The notes below the pieces were generated by a model that worked only from the letters and a program-made list of their open reading frames with translations, did no database searches and was not told the DNA's origin. The translations under genes and the position numbers were made by a program. From assembly GCA_044892525.1 (NCBI GenBank), contig CM097885.1, positions 4,776,001 to 4,840,000 on the forward strand: DNA of 64,000 bases, given 5' to 3'. This document shows, in pieces, positions 27,182 through 40,106 of the stretch (position 1 is the stretch's first letter; the number at the start of each line of letters is the position of its first letter). This DNA is from Schmidtea polychroa (Eukaryota).

Positions 27182-30100
27182 TTAAATATCGTTGAAAGCC
27201 AACCTTTGAATCATTAATTTATGATCTTTAAATTCTTTATCACTTAGACCTTTTATATATTCAGGATCAGTATTAAAATATTTAAGTTCTAAACATATAG
27301 GATTAAAAACTTGAGAATATAAAGGCTTCTCGATTTCTCTCTCGGGATAAATGATTTCAACATTATAAATATCAAGATCAGTAATTTTTGTATCATATAA
27401 CTTATTCAACTTTTCTAGATTTTTTATTATCGGTATTAAATTATTTCCTATAGGAAGAGTTGTCTTTAAATCACTTAGGATGAATCTCTTATCATCATAA
27501 TTTGATAATGATACTTTTTGAGATTCTATCAAGTGAATATCATGGTTTTCGCTTTTAATCTGATGCACTTCATCAATTTTATCTTTATGATTTGGATTCA
27601 ATGTATCTATATAATCTTGATGAGAAAGATTCTTTGCAACGGATTTCTGTATTCCTTTACATCTGTTATCCTTTACAGGTTTTTCTTCTTGTCCCTCTGG
27701 TCCTTTAGGGAATATAGGATATTTAAATGAAATAATTTCCTCTTTTTCTGGGGTTTTAAATATAATTTCTCGGGTTATAAATTCAGGGTTTTTAAATGTT
27801 TCGTATGAATATTGTTTAGCACGAATAAATATTCCATTTTCTATAAGAGTAAAAGGTTTTTCATCTTTAAATGAAAATAATTCTCCAGTTGAATTTATTA
27901 AATTTGAAAGTATAGGATTTTCAGCTATATCTCTTTGTAAATCATGAGTTCTTATTGTTAAAAACATTGAATCTGTATCCATTGCATGCATTGATATATT
28001 AGAACCATATATAGGTTGTAAGATGTTATAATATGTTTCATACATTTGTAATTTTGAAAGTTCTAAAATGAGTATATGAGTATATTTATCAACATTCTCC
28101 ATTGTTTTCCCAAAGACTGAATTGTTTAAAAGTTTATAATTATTATCTTTAAAAAGGTTACCTTCTCTTTTTGCAATGTTTCGACATCTAATGTTCTCCT
28201 CGATAAAAGCTTTCATGAATGGCCTCTGTTTAAATCTTATGACACTATGAACTTTTTTTAATATCATACCTCGTGAAAGATAAAATTGGAGGAGTCTATA
28301 GTGACAAAGATAAAACCTTCGATCTGTTTGATCACAAAGAAGTTTCATTGTTGGAGGTTTATCTTGTGAGATTTGCCATTCAGAAAGTTCGTTGATATCA
28401 ATCTTTCTTCTTACAGGAGCTAATGGGAAATATCTTGTTCCTGATTTTATATCATCTGGATATAATAAGTCACATTCTACAAAGTAACCTATTGGAGAAT
28501 CTTTAGGTGTTGAAAGTATTTCTTTTATAAGTTCTTTTGATGATTCTATTTTAATGAAATCACCCATTGGTAAATATTGAGTCATAATTCCTGAATATAA
28601 AGCTGTTGCATCTATATAAAGTATAAATATAGGATATTTCATTGTTTCTAATATTTCTTTTAATTCCTCATTGTTAATTTTTATATATGGATCAGAGGTC
28701 TTTGAAAGCATCCTGCTAGTAGTTATTGCATTTCTAGCTTTTATTTCTCTATTCCCCATTACTGAAGAGACTCCTCCTCTAATGTTTGTTTTAATTAGAT
28801 TAAACATATCGAGGTTAGTTAAAAGATCTATAATTTTATCAGCTTCTTCTATATTTGAAGTCCAAATGGTATATAATAAAGTATCCCAAGCTAAAGAGGG
28901 TGCTGTTATATAATTGTAAGGTTTAAGAACAAAAGATTTTGTAAATTCTTCAAAGCAATCTGCTAGAATATAAACATCCAAGGATAAATACATACTTGTA
29001 TATTCTCCTAAAGTTTTACACTTGAATAATTCCCACATTTTATTTGCTCGAGAATATTCTTGATTTGTAATATGATTTTTTTGAAGTTGTGAATAGAAAT
29101 CTTCTTGGCTAGGAAGACTTGTTTCATTATATCTTTCAAACGAGTCAACATAGTCATAAGGATATATTCCTTTTGCTAAACATGTAGGATATTCTTCTAG
29201 AGGAATATTATTTTTTTCCAAGAATTCTCGAGTGATTTTAAAATCTTCTGGTTTCATTGTTTTAGCTATTCCATCTAGAGACATTTGAAGAAAGTTTAAC
29301 GAGTCTATAAATTTTAATTTTCCATATTCAACTGATTTATATTTTTCCTTTGTAAGTCCTATAACTTTGAAAGAGTTTTTAGCATTTGCTGCTAAATGTT
29401 TAATAAATAGATGTATGTCATAACCAAAAAGATTATGAAATATAACAGGTACAAATTTAGGAGTATGATAATTAAGATTACAATTTTTATGAGCTGCTCC
29501 TCGATAATTATTTTCCTTTTTTAAATGATCATGATCGAGGACTTTTATATTCGGAGACTCTTCAAATGGTTGTTTACACATCCAATAGTTGGAAGTGTTT
29601 TCATATTCTTGTTGTTGTTGATTAGAAATATTTTGAGGATAGTTTGTTTTTAATACTTTAAATATTTCATGTTCTAGATCATTTATACTTTTAGTAAAAT
29701 GATTCAAGACTTCTGTTTCTGAAATTCCTCGAAATGTATATTCTCTAGATTCTATGAGTTCAGGATAATTACTTTTAAATAATAATTTATAAGCAGATGG
29801 TAATTGTTTAGTTTTTTTAACACTATTAGGTTTATTCCTTTTTCTTAGAAAGGCTTTCATCCTCTCTGGTTTCATCTTCTCTCCTGAGGAGTTCCAGGAA
29901 TCCATGAGTTTATTTTTTTCTATTATTTTTAAATATTGTTTAACCAAATCTTGTTTACGATTTATAGATTCAAAGTCCCCATAAAGCACTCCTACTGTTT
30001 GTAGTAAATTTGAAAAGTTTTTAAAATACATCTTGGGATTATTAGGCATTTTAATTAAAGCTGGATCATCTTTTTCACAAAATCTTGTATGTTTAATCAT

Positions 30101-31342
30101 AGAGTTTTTAGTTGTTGAATAATGAAGACATCTTTTACATGTTCCTCCTCCACTAGTTGGATTCTCTGGTGATGTAAAAGCTTGAAAGTTTTTTATTAAA
30201 ACATAATGTTGATTATTTTGTTGTTCCAAGATTAAAAGATATATCTCCCTAGTGTTATCCTGGGGTTCATTATCTCTAACTTCATAATCTGAAATATAAA
30301 TTGGAATAATTTCTCTGCTATTAACATGTTTCCCTTTAACACGTTCATAAATATTAATTTTAAGATTATTTAAACTTTCAAATTTTGGAATGTCTTCTTG
30401 TTTCATTGGATGTTTGAATCCTTTGGGAAATATTAATTCATTTTCATATTGTTTGTATTTTGAAACTCTTTGAGGGTTTGATTCTTGAGGATGTAAATGT
30501 GCAAGTATTGACCAGATGAAACATTTGTTATCATTATTCTGTATGTTTATAACATTTTTAGATTTAAAGGGTGTAGGAATATAAGATTTAGGATTAGGTG
30601 GTAATCCGCTCCAATAATCAATCACTAAAGTTTGGAAAGAGTTGAATACTAAGTTTGAATCTCCTAATTCATTTTCAACCTCTTTTTGTTTTGCTTCTAC
30701 TGCTTGAATTATTTCTTTGATGGTTTTATCAAATCCTTTAGTTGAAAATAAATATTTAAAGGGTATTCCAATTTCAACATCTAAAGGTGTTGTCTTTTCT
30801 TCTGCTCCTCGCCAGTATTTTGCTTTGATTATAATTTTATATTTTATAACATTATACCTTGTCGGTTTATAATTTTTTAAAGCTTCAGTGAAAGAATTTT
30901 TAATATTTTTTTTATTTTTATTTATATATTCTCCAGGAGTTATAGGTCCATTGATTTCTAATTGAAATTCATCTACATGATTAAAATCATCCCAGTTATA
31001 TTTTTCTCTTTCAACATGATCAGGTTCTCCTTCTGAATGACATTCCTCATCGTCAGAATTTTGTTTTTTATTTTTACATTCTTTTATATGTTCTAAATAA
31101 TAGAAATTTACCTTTGTTGAAAAGTTACAGTGAGAACATGTAAATATTTCTCTATTTTTCCCGATACAATTTTCAAAATGTTTAATATATCCAGAATGTA
31201 GAAATCTTCCTTTACATTTAGGACAAACTTTTGAATTTGTATCATTAAGATTGTTTTCTTTTAATAAATGAGCTTTCGATTTTAAGTGAGAAATTAATCC
31301 AGTTTTATTTTTAAAAACTTTATTACAAATATTACAATTCAT
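27182..31342 (-). CDS. Protein-primed family B DNA polymerase of the Polinton, probably inactive
   Basis: N-terminal C2H2 fingers, INIQNNDNKCF, Exo YGDFES/FHNLFGYD, EndoVII-like DHDH..RGAAHKNCN, polymerase YIDATALY, KLLNNSVFGK, MDTDS. Confidence 0.95.
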   Translation of the reverse strand: MNCNICNKVFKNKTGLISHLKSKAHLLKENNLNDTNSKVCPKCKGRFLHSGYIKHFENCIGKNREIFTCSHCNFSTKVNFYYLEHIKECKNKKQNSDDEECHSEGEPDHVEREKYNWDDFNHVDEFQLEINGPITPGEYINKNKKNIKNSFTEALKNYKPTRYNVIKYKIIIKAKYWRGAEEKTTPLDVEIGIPFKYLFSTKGFDKTIKEIIQAVEAKQKEVENELGDSNLVFNSFQTLVIDYWSGLPPNPKSYIPTPFKSKNVINIQNNDNKCFIWSILAHLHPQESNPQRVSKYKQYENELIFPKGFKHPMKQEDIPKFESLNNLKINIYERVKGKHVNSREIIPIYISDYEVRDNEPQDNTREIYLLILEQQNNQHYVLIKNFQAFTSPENPTSGGGTCKRCLHYSTTKNSMIKHTRFCEKDDPALIKMPNNPKMYFKNFSNLLQTVGVLYGDFESINRKQDLVKQYLKIIEKNKLMDSWNSSGEKMKPERMKAFLRKRNKPNSVKKTKQLPSAYKLLFKSNYPELIESREYTFRGISETEVLNHFTKSINDLEHEIFKVLKTNYPQNISNQQQQEYENTSNYWMCKQPFEESPNIKVLDHDHLKKENNYRGAAHKNCNLNYHTPKFVPVIFHNLFGYDIHLFIKHLAANAKNSFKVIGLTKEKYKSVEYGKLKFIDSLNFLQMSLDGIAKTMKPEDFKITREFLEKNNIPLEEYPTCLAKGIYPYDYVDSFERYNETSLPSQEDFYSQLQKNHITNQEYSRANKMWELFKCKTLGEYTSMYLSLDVYILADCFEEFTKSFVLKPYNYITAPSLAWDTLLYTIWTSNIEEADKIIDLLTNLDMFNLIKTNIRGGVSSVMGNREIKARNAITTSRMLSKTSDPYIKINNEELKEILETMKYPIFILYIDATALYSGIMTQYLPMGDFIKIESSKELIKEILSTPKDSPIGYFVECDLLYPDDIKSGTRYFPLAPVRRKIDINELSEWQISQDKPPTMKLLCDQTDRRFYLCHYRLLQFYLSRGMILKKVHSVIRFKQRPFMKAFIEENIRCRNIAKREGNLFKDNNYKLLNNSVFGKTMENVDKYTHILILELSKLQMYETYYNILQPIYGSNISMHAMDTDSMFLTIRTHDLQRDIAENPILSNLINSTGELFSFKDEKPFTLIENGIFIRAKQYSYETFKNPEFITREIIFKTPEKEEIISFKYPIFPKGPEGQEEKPVKDNRCKGIQKSVAKNLSHQDYIDTLNPNHKDKIDEVHQIKSENHDIHLIESQKVSLSNYDDKRFILSDLKTTLPIGNNLIPIIKNLEKLNKLYDTKITDLDIYNVEIIYPEREIEKPLYSQVFNPICLELKYFNTDPEYIKGLSDKEFKDHKLMIQRLAFNDI

Positions 31343-31636
31343 TTTTAGAAAAAAATTTTTTATTGGATATCCTGTTTTGATTTTTTATGTTTTTATATTT
31401 ATTTTCATAATGTGACAGTATAAAAAATAACAAAAGTCCAAACCTAGATAGCGCAGTGGGCTAGACCGGCACCGTGGTTCAAATGGATAGCGGTTCAAAT
31501 CCTAACTGTGGTTAGTTTTTTTCAACATAAAATAATATTAAAAATTTGAAAATAATAGTGTGGGTATCTTAGTTGTATATTTTATTTATTTTATTTATTT
31601 TATTTATTTTATTTATTTTATTTATTTTATTTTTAA

Positions 31637-32352
31637 ACATAAATATGAAAAAAAAATTATTGAAACGGGTGATGGTGGCGAACCGGTAATTATCGCCACC
31701 TGTCTTTCGAACACCCCGGATCGATTCTTTAATGTGCACATTTATTTCTCAGTTGTTTTCGGACCTCTTTCGGATTCACTTTCGAATTCATTTGTACTTT
31801 CGAGCAGCACGCTTAAAACGCCGATGAAATCGTATTCGAGCGAGAAGCGAATAATAAGGTGTGCTGCTATTATCGGATTGATTCTGATGTATGAGTCTGG
31901 CCAGCTTGTATATTAGAAGAGATTTGATAAACGAACGAAGTTAAAATGATCCGGATCAAAAAACTGTTGAGGGGACAGTGAAAAAAAAAATGCCACTGTC
32001 CCCTCAGAGCAGTTTTACTATTTTTCATTTATTTTTTAATTTATATAATTTAAAATCAATAATCTGATAAAGATCAACTCCGGAGTTTGATTGCGATCAA
32101 AAGTAGTGTGTATATAGCCCTAACCCAAATAGCCCTCTAACTTTTTCATAATGCCATTTTCTTTTCTATTCTCTTTTTAGTTTGAAGCTTTTGAGTTTGA
32201 GGCTTGAAAGATTAAGGGTGGTTGTTGTTTAAAATATGGGGTTAAAATACTATAAAAGTATAAGTTTTGGGTTGTTTTCTAATGGTTTAAGCGTAATGGA
32301 GGTATGTTTTTGTTGGGAGGGTTGTGTTGGTTGGGTATATATACACAGTACT
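31637..32352 (-). repeat. Right terminal inverted repeat of the Polinton
   Basis: Reverse complement of 11660-12377; followed by TSD GGTTAG. Confidence 0.95.
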
Positions 32353-32432
32353 GGTTAGGTCGTATCATCAATAGATAGAGATTATTATTATTATTGCCAA
32401 AGTTATTTTAGAAGTTTTATTATTATTATTAA

Positions 32433-32511
<79 letters not shown>

Positions 32512-33669
32512 TTCAAAGTTCTATTATTTTAATCAGATATATAGTTGCATGGACATGCTGAATAGGGAATGCATTGAAACAAAAAAGTTTTATTTTAACC
32601 GAATATTCGATTGTCTATGCGATGAAGAAATGAAGTGAACTCGAATAATTGTAGGATTCACTTATATGAAAATTATCATCGAAAAACGTTTATGGGACTC
32701 AGCACATTACTATCAGTGGTCTCAAGAAGTAAGTTTTCTTTTATAATCTATATATTTTAATAATATTCGTTTTGAGTCCAAGTTTCCCCCTTGGATAGAA
32801 GCCAATGGTGGATGGGGTATATTAAATCAACTCGCCCGAAATGCCAAGAAAATGGACAAGCATAAAAGAAAGTTTTAAAACTATATTAAACTTGCAACAG
32901 ATGTTGCTATTTTGTATGTTATTTGTCGATTTTTAAATAAAAATTAATATAGTTATGTTGTTTTATTTTTAAAATAAACATACAAGAAACAATTAACTAA
33001 AATCTATTAATTAATACATTCGCAATCGTCATCTCCACATTTCATAACATTTTCAACGACATGATCTATGCAATCGTTGCAATCGTTATCATTCGTAATA
33101 TTTTCCATATCTTTACGTTCCTCTATAGGTTCATAGATTTCCTCATCAATTTCTTGGGTTTCGTCAGTTTCTTGAGTATCTTCGGTTTCTTCAACTTCCT
33201 GATCATCAAATCCTGAATCTTGACTCTCAACTACCCAGCCTATATTTAATGCATTTGTAACAGATACTGTGTCCTCCATTTTTACCCCAGCTATTTCTGC
33301 TAATTTTTCCAACAAAAGGTTGATTACAAATTCTAAATAATAAATAATTCGGAATAATATAATAATATAATAACATAATTCGTTAGGAGTTTTAGCTGAT
33401 ATTATAAATTATTTTTTCTACTTTTTGTAGTGAAGAAAATTCCATTTTCTGTATGTATATAAGAATAATGAAACGCTATCATTTTCCTTTGGACAATGTA
33501 AGCAATTTATTAATGAAATTACTTAATTGATAATTATTATGAATGAATTGATGTTTCATATTACATATTGATTATTACATAAATGCAATGAATCCGGCAC
33601 TAACGGTAATAGTAACCAATTTGGTAATCAGAGGTTTCAATACGCCTTAAAGGGAAACATTATTATTAC

Positions 33670-33695
<26 letters not shown>

Positions 33696-33700
<5 letters not shown>

Positions 33701-34214
33701 GAATAAATCCAAGAAACTGAATAACAATTTTATTAGCATCTACAGGGCCACGTGGATCAGTTTTGAATATTAACAGTTTGTCCATTTCAATATCATAAGA
33801 TAATGCCATCGTTGAACGAAATTGAATGAAATCAAGACCTAATGGTCGCATCTCAGCCGATTGGGTATAGAGCTGATTAATATCCGCAATAGAACGACAT
33901 ATTATGTCACACGGCATTGCATATCCAATTTTAGATTTAAATCGAGCTGCTTCCACTTGTGCACGACAGACTTGAGATCGACAATCAGGGATCATACCAA
34001 TCATAACACCTCCAGTACTTTCAGTAATATTAAACAATCTTGTGGCTGAACTCTTCTCAATCATTTTATCTGGAACTTTTCTTTGTGTAGCTACTACACC
34101 ACAATTATTGCCTCGAATACCAACGGAATGCAATCCATCCAATGCCATTGCCTTAAATGCATATTCGACTTGGAATAATCTCTTTTCAGTTGTCAAAACA
34201 ATCTTCGCTTCCAT
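33696..34214 (-). pseudogene. PSMA6: Truncated intronless proteasome subunit alpha-6-like copy
   Basis: RLFQVEYAFKA..SVGIRG..VATQRKVPDK..IADINQLYTQSAEMRPLG; lacks the normal N- and C-termini. Confidence 0.8.
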
Positions 34215-34474
34215 ATTTCCGATTTAAAAAATCCACCCTTCCAGAATTCCAAAATTTACAAGTAAAACAAAAAACCACCAAAATTAATAAGTTCTACAAA
34301 ACAATAATTCATATAAAAAATTACAATAACCCAAGAACTTACCTACTTCTCGCGTCTGTGTGTGCACACCAACAATACTCGATCAAATCAGACCGCGCAC
34401 ACAGACGCGATATAAAAAACGCTCAACGAACTGCCAGTCAGAGGCAATCCCCCTCTGACTGATCGAAACAATTA

Positions 34475-34585
<111 letters not shown>

Positions 34586-34623
34586 ATTATTATTATAATT
34601 ATTAATATTAATATTAATATTTA

Positions 34624-34698
<75 letters not shown>

Positions 34699-34752
34699 TA
34701 TTACTATTAATATTATTACTATTATTACTATTATTATTATTATTATTATTAC

Positions 34753-34789
<37 letters not shown>

Positions 34790-34800
34790 ATTAATATTTA

Positions 34801-34864
<64 letters not shown>

Positions 34865-35096
34865 TATTATTATTATTATTATTATTGGATACTTGTTCTT
34901 TATGAAAAGTAGTTATAAAATAATTATATACATAAGAATAAAAACGAACAAATCATAATTTACCAAAGGAAAGTCCCATCATTCGCTAAGGGAATTTCTT
35001 TAATCTCCTCTCCTCCAATGGAATCCTAAGAAATTGTCTCATTATTTCCCGCCAGTTAGTAAAATTCAACACATTTAATTCGATCTCCAAGAAAAT

Positions 35097-36485
35097 ATGA
35101 ACAATAGGCAAAAATTAATTTTCCTCGTGTTTCTAGTGTATAAAACATCAGAATCTTTGTTTCAACCGTCGATTAGATTATACATCTATGAGACTGTAGG
35201 ACACATCTTGGCCAGAAGGAATGAATCGGAGGGGTACTTGAAGGATAATTTGGATTTGATAAATTTACAATATGTCAACCCGTTGGAGATCGAGAATGAG
35301 GTACAGCGCTCGGCGGCGAATTACATTATTGCTTACAGAACTTTGATTAATATACCGGCGGCCATTTTGACGATTTATTGGGGTGGTTGGAGCGATAAAT
35401 TCGGCAGAAAGGTTCCGTTAATATTACCTTGTATCGGAGCAATAGTCAGTTGCTGCATATTTAGTCTAGCCTTAGAGAAGACTGTCAAAGGTACGATAGT
35501 TGCCATTGGAGTGATAATGATGGCAGTACTCATATACGGATTTTTCGGTAAGAGCGCACTATTAACAATGAGTTGCAACAGCTACGTCGTGGACTGCTCA
35601 ACTTCTGCGGAGAGAACGACTCTATTGAGTAGATTGTTAGGAATGAACTTTTTAGGTATATTCTTCGGGTCTTTTCTTGTTGGATTAATATCAAAATACG
35701 CTAGTTTCTCTGCAGTTCTTTTAACAATTAGTCTGAGTTGCGGATTTCTCGTAGTTTTGATAGTATTTGTCATTCCAGAAACCATCAAATTGGAGGAAGA
35801 GAAGGAGCTCATACCGAATGAAGAAACATGTCTATCCAAGCCGGAATCCAAAAATATAAAATTAAAGAATTATTTGTGGTATTTCTTTACTAGAAGCCGA
35901 AAAGGGGAAAATAGGAAATATTTGATTTGGTTATTTTTAGCGATTTTTTGGAATCAGACTGCCAAGGCGGGGGAGCAGGATGTGATCCTATTATATGTAA
36001 AACATTCCCCAATGAATTGGTCTGATGAAATGTATGGGTATTATTTAGCTACTTATTACGGTTGCATGGGGTTGAATTTGATATTTATTCTACCATTGAT
36101 AGAGAGATTTTTCCCTCTGTCAGACACGGTTTTAATTCTCATTGGGATATCCATGAAAGCATTCCGGTTGATCATGATGGGATCGACATTTGTCCAATGG
36201 CAGATATTTCTATCTGCTGTAATAGGAAGCTCGGCTGGCATGATTGTCGCAGTTACGAAATCTTTATTGAGCAAAATTTGTGAGGATGACGAAATTGGAG
36301 TGACGTTCGCCATAACATCGGCAATGGAAGCGTTTTCAAGCTTGATCGGTCCAACAATTTTCAATTTATTATATGAAGCCACCATGGACATGTACATTGG
36401 AACGATATTCTACATCGACGCCTGTTTGCAATTCTGTTTCTTGATTGGTTTCATTAAATTGCATTTTTACTTGGCCAAAGGCTGA
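35097..36485 (+). CDS. MFS transporter, SLC46 (PCFT/HCP1)-like, single exon
   Basis: GGWSDKFGRK MFS motif A, multiple hydrophobic helices, SYVVD..ERT, KSLLSKI..DEIG motifs; intact 462 aa. Confidence 0.88.
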   Translation: MNNRQKLIFLVFLVYKTSESLFQPSIRLYIYETVGHILARRNESEGYLKDNLDLINLQYVNPLEIENEVQRSAANYIIAYRTLINIPAAILTIYWGGWSDKFGRKVPLILPCIGAIVSCCIFSLALEKTVKGTIVAIGVIMMAVLIYGFFGKSALLTMSCNSYVVDCSTSAERTTLLSRLLGMNFLGIFFGSFLVGLISKYASFSAVLLTISLSCGFLVVLIVFVIPETIKLEEEKELIPNEETCLSKPESKNIKLKNYLWYFFTRSRKGENRKYLIWLFLAIFWNQTAKAGEQDVILLYVKHSPMNWSDEMYGYYLATYYGCMGLNLIFILPLIERFFPLSDTVLILIGISMKAFRLIMMGSTFVQWQIFLSAVIGSSAGMIVAVTKSLLSKICEDDEIGVTFAITSAMEAFSSLIGPTIFNLLYEATMDMYIGTIFYIDACLQFCFLIGFIKLHFYLAKG

Positions 36486-36564
36486 AAGGTCTCTCAACAT
36501 TGAATGGACAAGATTCTATTTCACATGTTTCAAATAATAATATAAAGTTCAGAAATCAAAATTG

Positions 36565-36643
<79 letters not shown>

Positions 36644-37049
36644 TTATTATTTTTATTATTATTATTATTCAATTATAAGAAAGTGCCACTCAAACATTCG
36701 TTTTACTATATATTTTGAAAGTTTACCTGTCTTAGCCAGGTAGCATAGAATTATCAGAGAAATTATAGATTTTTGAATAAATTTATTAATTATATTAATT
36801 TTATCATAATTTTAATAAAAAATTTTATTCTATAAAAATTATAAAAATTATATTTAAAATAAAAACTAATTTTTTAGATAGTTCCAATTAAAAAAATAAA
36901 AATTTTAAATTATAAAAATATAATAATTTAATAATTTTTTAATTTAATAACAATCCATATATAAATTTATAATTTATAATAAAAACTATTTAATAAACAT
37001 TTAAAACACAAGTAATCACTACAATTTGCACGTTAATTTTCGGATTCAA

Positions 37050-38150
37050 TGACTTTGTCAATAACGCTCACAAATTACATGTTTCCTATAATTATTTAAA
37101 TTTTTTAATAACATATTTAAATCAGACATACCTGTTTTTCTCTTACAGCACTTATTGTGCTAACTAATATTGGTTAAGGCATTTGGTCTATAATGTTCTC
37201 AAGCTCGAATACATAGATGACGGGAAGTCTGTCCAATGTATATGGCATTATACCCATCACATGCAAATTGATACACGAGATCAGAACACAATCCAACAGG
37301 AGTTTTAGATTTATTAATAAACATATTGCGTACTTTTATGAATTTGACACAATCTTATAATTTAAATTCCCGAACTGCTTACTTATCTTTGTTTTACAAT
37401 CTGTAAAACATTCTGAGTACGGCTATCCCAACACAAATTTAGGCTCATCATCCTTGCAATCACTATTTAATTTATTTAACTTATTATCAAGCTCACCCAC
37501 ACCAACAAAATCACAATAAAACTTTCTAAAACACAGATCCTTGGGATTTTTAATAAATTTGTCAACAGTCTCATTTACGAGAAATAATAAAAATTATTTT
37601 CAAAAACCACTCTTCATTAACAATTCAACCAATTTATCAATACTTTTTGCTGAATTTACAAATGTAGAAGATAAAGATCAAGAATAATAAATCTATGCCT
37701 TCAACATACTTATCTTATACTTGAATTCGCAAAAACTTTCGGACGAAGTATAGAGACCAGTTTCAGTTGGTTTCCTATAAATCTCTATCTCATAATGTTT
37801 CTATTTGCGTTGTATTAACAAATTCATGAAAGCAAGTGATGATTTTTTCTCCATTTCACATGTAAATACAATGTTTTTTATGTAGACATATAATGCAAAA
37901 AAGGCTAAACATGCCTCTGATTTTCAGATTTTGGGAAAATATCATCCACGCACCGTTTATAAACTAAGGGTTTCATAAATTGGAGATATGTAATTTCTTT
38001 TTCTAAGCTTGCCAAAATAATTGAAACCATTTTTAGAGTTAAAGGACAGCTCATAGCAACTCCATTTTTGTTGATAGTATTCCTTATTGAAAAGAAAATC
38101 GACTTTTGAAGTAGGAAATTCAAAAAGTTCATGAAATACCCTCCCATCAC
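37050..38150 (-). pseudogene. Penelope-like retroelement fragment (RT plus GIY-YIG)
   Basis: GVAMSCPL, YKRCVDDIF, YRKPTETGLY and SDLVYQFAC..YIGQTSRHL on the reverse strand; disrupted. Confidence 0.8.
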
Positions 38151-38464
38151 CCTTTTCTCCCCGAAAAATATTGATATGTTTTTTTTCCAAATTTTTAATT
38201 AATTTTAATTGATTTGAATAATTTATAAAATTTTATATATATTTTTTATTTCGTCTTTTCTATAACCAAAACATATCTCCCCTTTAATTAAAATTCGTGC
38301 TGGAATTCTGTTTTACAATTAATTATATATAATGAAAGAAAAACTATCAATTATTGGATTGGATATGTGTGATATAAATTGTGAAGTTGGTCTATTTTTT
38401 CGTTATATTTTTGTCATATTTAAAATTTGAAAAAAAAATTGTAATAATTACAATTTTATTATAG

Positions 38465-38661
38465 TATTATAAGAATTTTTTTTTTCAAATTTTACCACTG
38501 ATTTTTTTCTCATTGTATTTATTAGAAAGCTTAAAACTGAGTCAGTAAATATATCAAAAAGATCAATTATATTTTCTGATTCATAGTCAAGCTTCCTAAT
38601 AAATACAATGTCAATTAAATAAACATCAGTGGTGAAAATTGAATAAAGATCTTATATAATA
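38465..38661. mobile_element. Short MITE-like element
   Basis: Imperfect ~37-bp inverted ends (tattataagaa..ttcaaattttaccactgat); same family as 61050-61649. Confidence 0.5.
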
Positions 38662-38681
38662 AAAATAATAATAATAATAAT

Positions 38682-38820
<139 letters not shown>

Positions 38821-39071
38821 GTAATAATAATAATAATTATGAGGAAGTTTTATGATGAAGAAATTTTTAAATTGAAAATTTTAAAAATTAAAGTTTAGAT
38901 TAATTTTTAAAAAAACAAAATAAGAAGATATTTTAATTAAAAATATCTTCGTAGAAAATTTGTTTAAATAAGAAAGATTAAGGAAGATATAATTTGATTT
39001 TGATATTTATTGAAATAAAATTTATGGAAACAAAAACTGATTTTAATGTTTTACAGGATGAACCTCCTAAT

Positions 39072-40095
39072 ATGGTGGCAGCGGTAAACACGGACGCAAT
39101 CACCGAAAGATTGCTACCAAAGGTATTCTGCCAAGGGGACGATTTGGAAAAGTTCATTAAAAGATGCGAAATTTATTTCGACGCCAAGGGAATCACGCAG
39201 AAGAAAGACCAGGAAAGATTAACATCTTGCATGATTGATGAGGATCTCCTGGAAGTGTACGCCAAAACACTGAAAAAAGCCGAAGTATTCCAGGCTAGGT
39301 TGCGATTGGCATTCGATCGTGAAAGAGATGTTTTAAAGGATCTACAAAACTTGTTGAATTACAAGCGGAAGGGTGAAGGCGGAGGACCTTGTTGATAGGT
39401 TGTTCGAAAATAAAGAATTTACCAAAGAGAAATTAACAGCAAGGATGTTAATAGTATGTGCGGAGAATAAAGAAGTTGAGAAAGAAGTGATACTACGGAA
39501 GATAAAAAGCACAGAAGAAATAAAGGAAACACTAACTCTGATGGACAAAGTAGACAAGCAAAGAGAGCAGATAAACAGTATGAAAAGTTACGCCAGAGTG
39601 GTCTATCAGGAACCACAGGGAAGAGTACAATACAAGAAGAAAGAACAGAGAGAAGAAAGTATCCGAAGAGAAATGCCAGAATGCTGGTTATGCCACAAAA
39701 TAGGACACACGAAAATTGATTGTCCAATAAAAGGTAAAATAGAATGCTGGACATGTCATAGAAGCGGACATATAAGTAGAAACTGTCCAGATAAAAAAGC
39801 TCCAAGATGTTTTGGGTGTGGGAAAGAAGGTCATATAAGAAGATTGTGTCAGGAAATACGTTGTGAAAGATGTAGCAGAAATGGTCATAGATCCGAGGAG
39901 TGTTATACAAAGATTAGGTACGGGAGAGCGACGGAGAGACAAAGATTCACGGGAAACAGATACAGTCGGATAAATGGTATCGAGGAAGAAGAAGAAAGGG
40001 AATCGTGTGTAGAGACAAATGAAGATAATTTTAGGAAGACGTACCCAAACAACAGGGCTCCACCAGTAGAGGAGTTGGTTGGAGCCATATTCTAA
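39072..40095 (+). pseudogene. gag with four CCHC zinc knuckles; frameshift near 39370
   Basis: CWLCHKIGHTKIDC, CWTCHRSGHISRNC, CFGCGKEGHIRRLC, CERCSRNGHRSEEC. Confidence 0.88.
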
Positions 40096-40106
40096 CAGAA
40101 AATTTA

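Noticed and set aside
33007..33315. Acidic 102-aa ORF
   Set aside because: Possibly an exon or element relic, but it has a non-ATG start and no identifiable domain.
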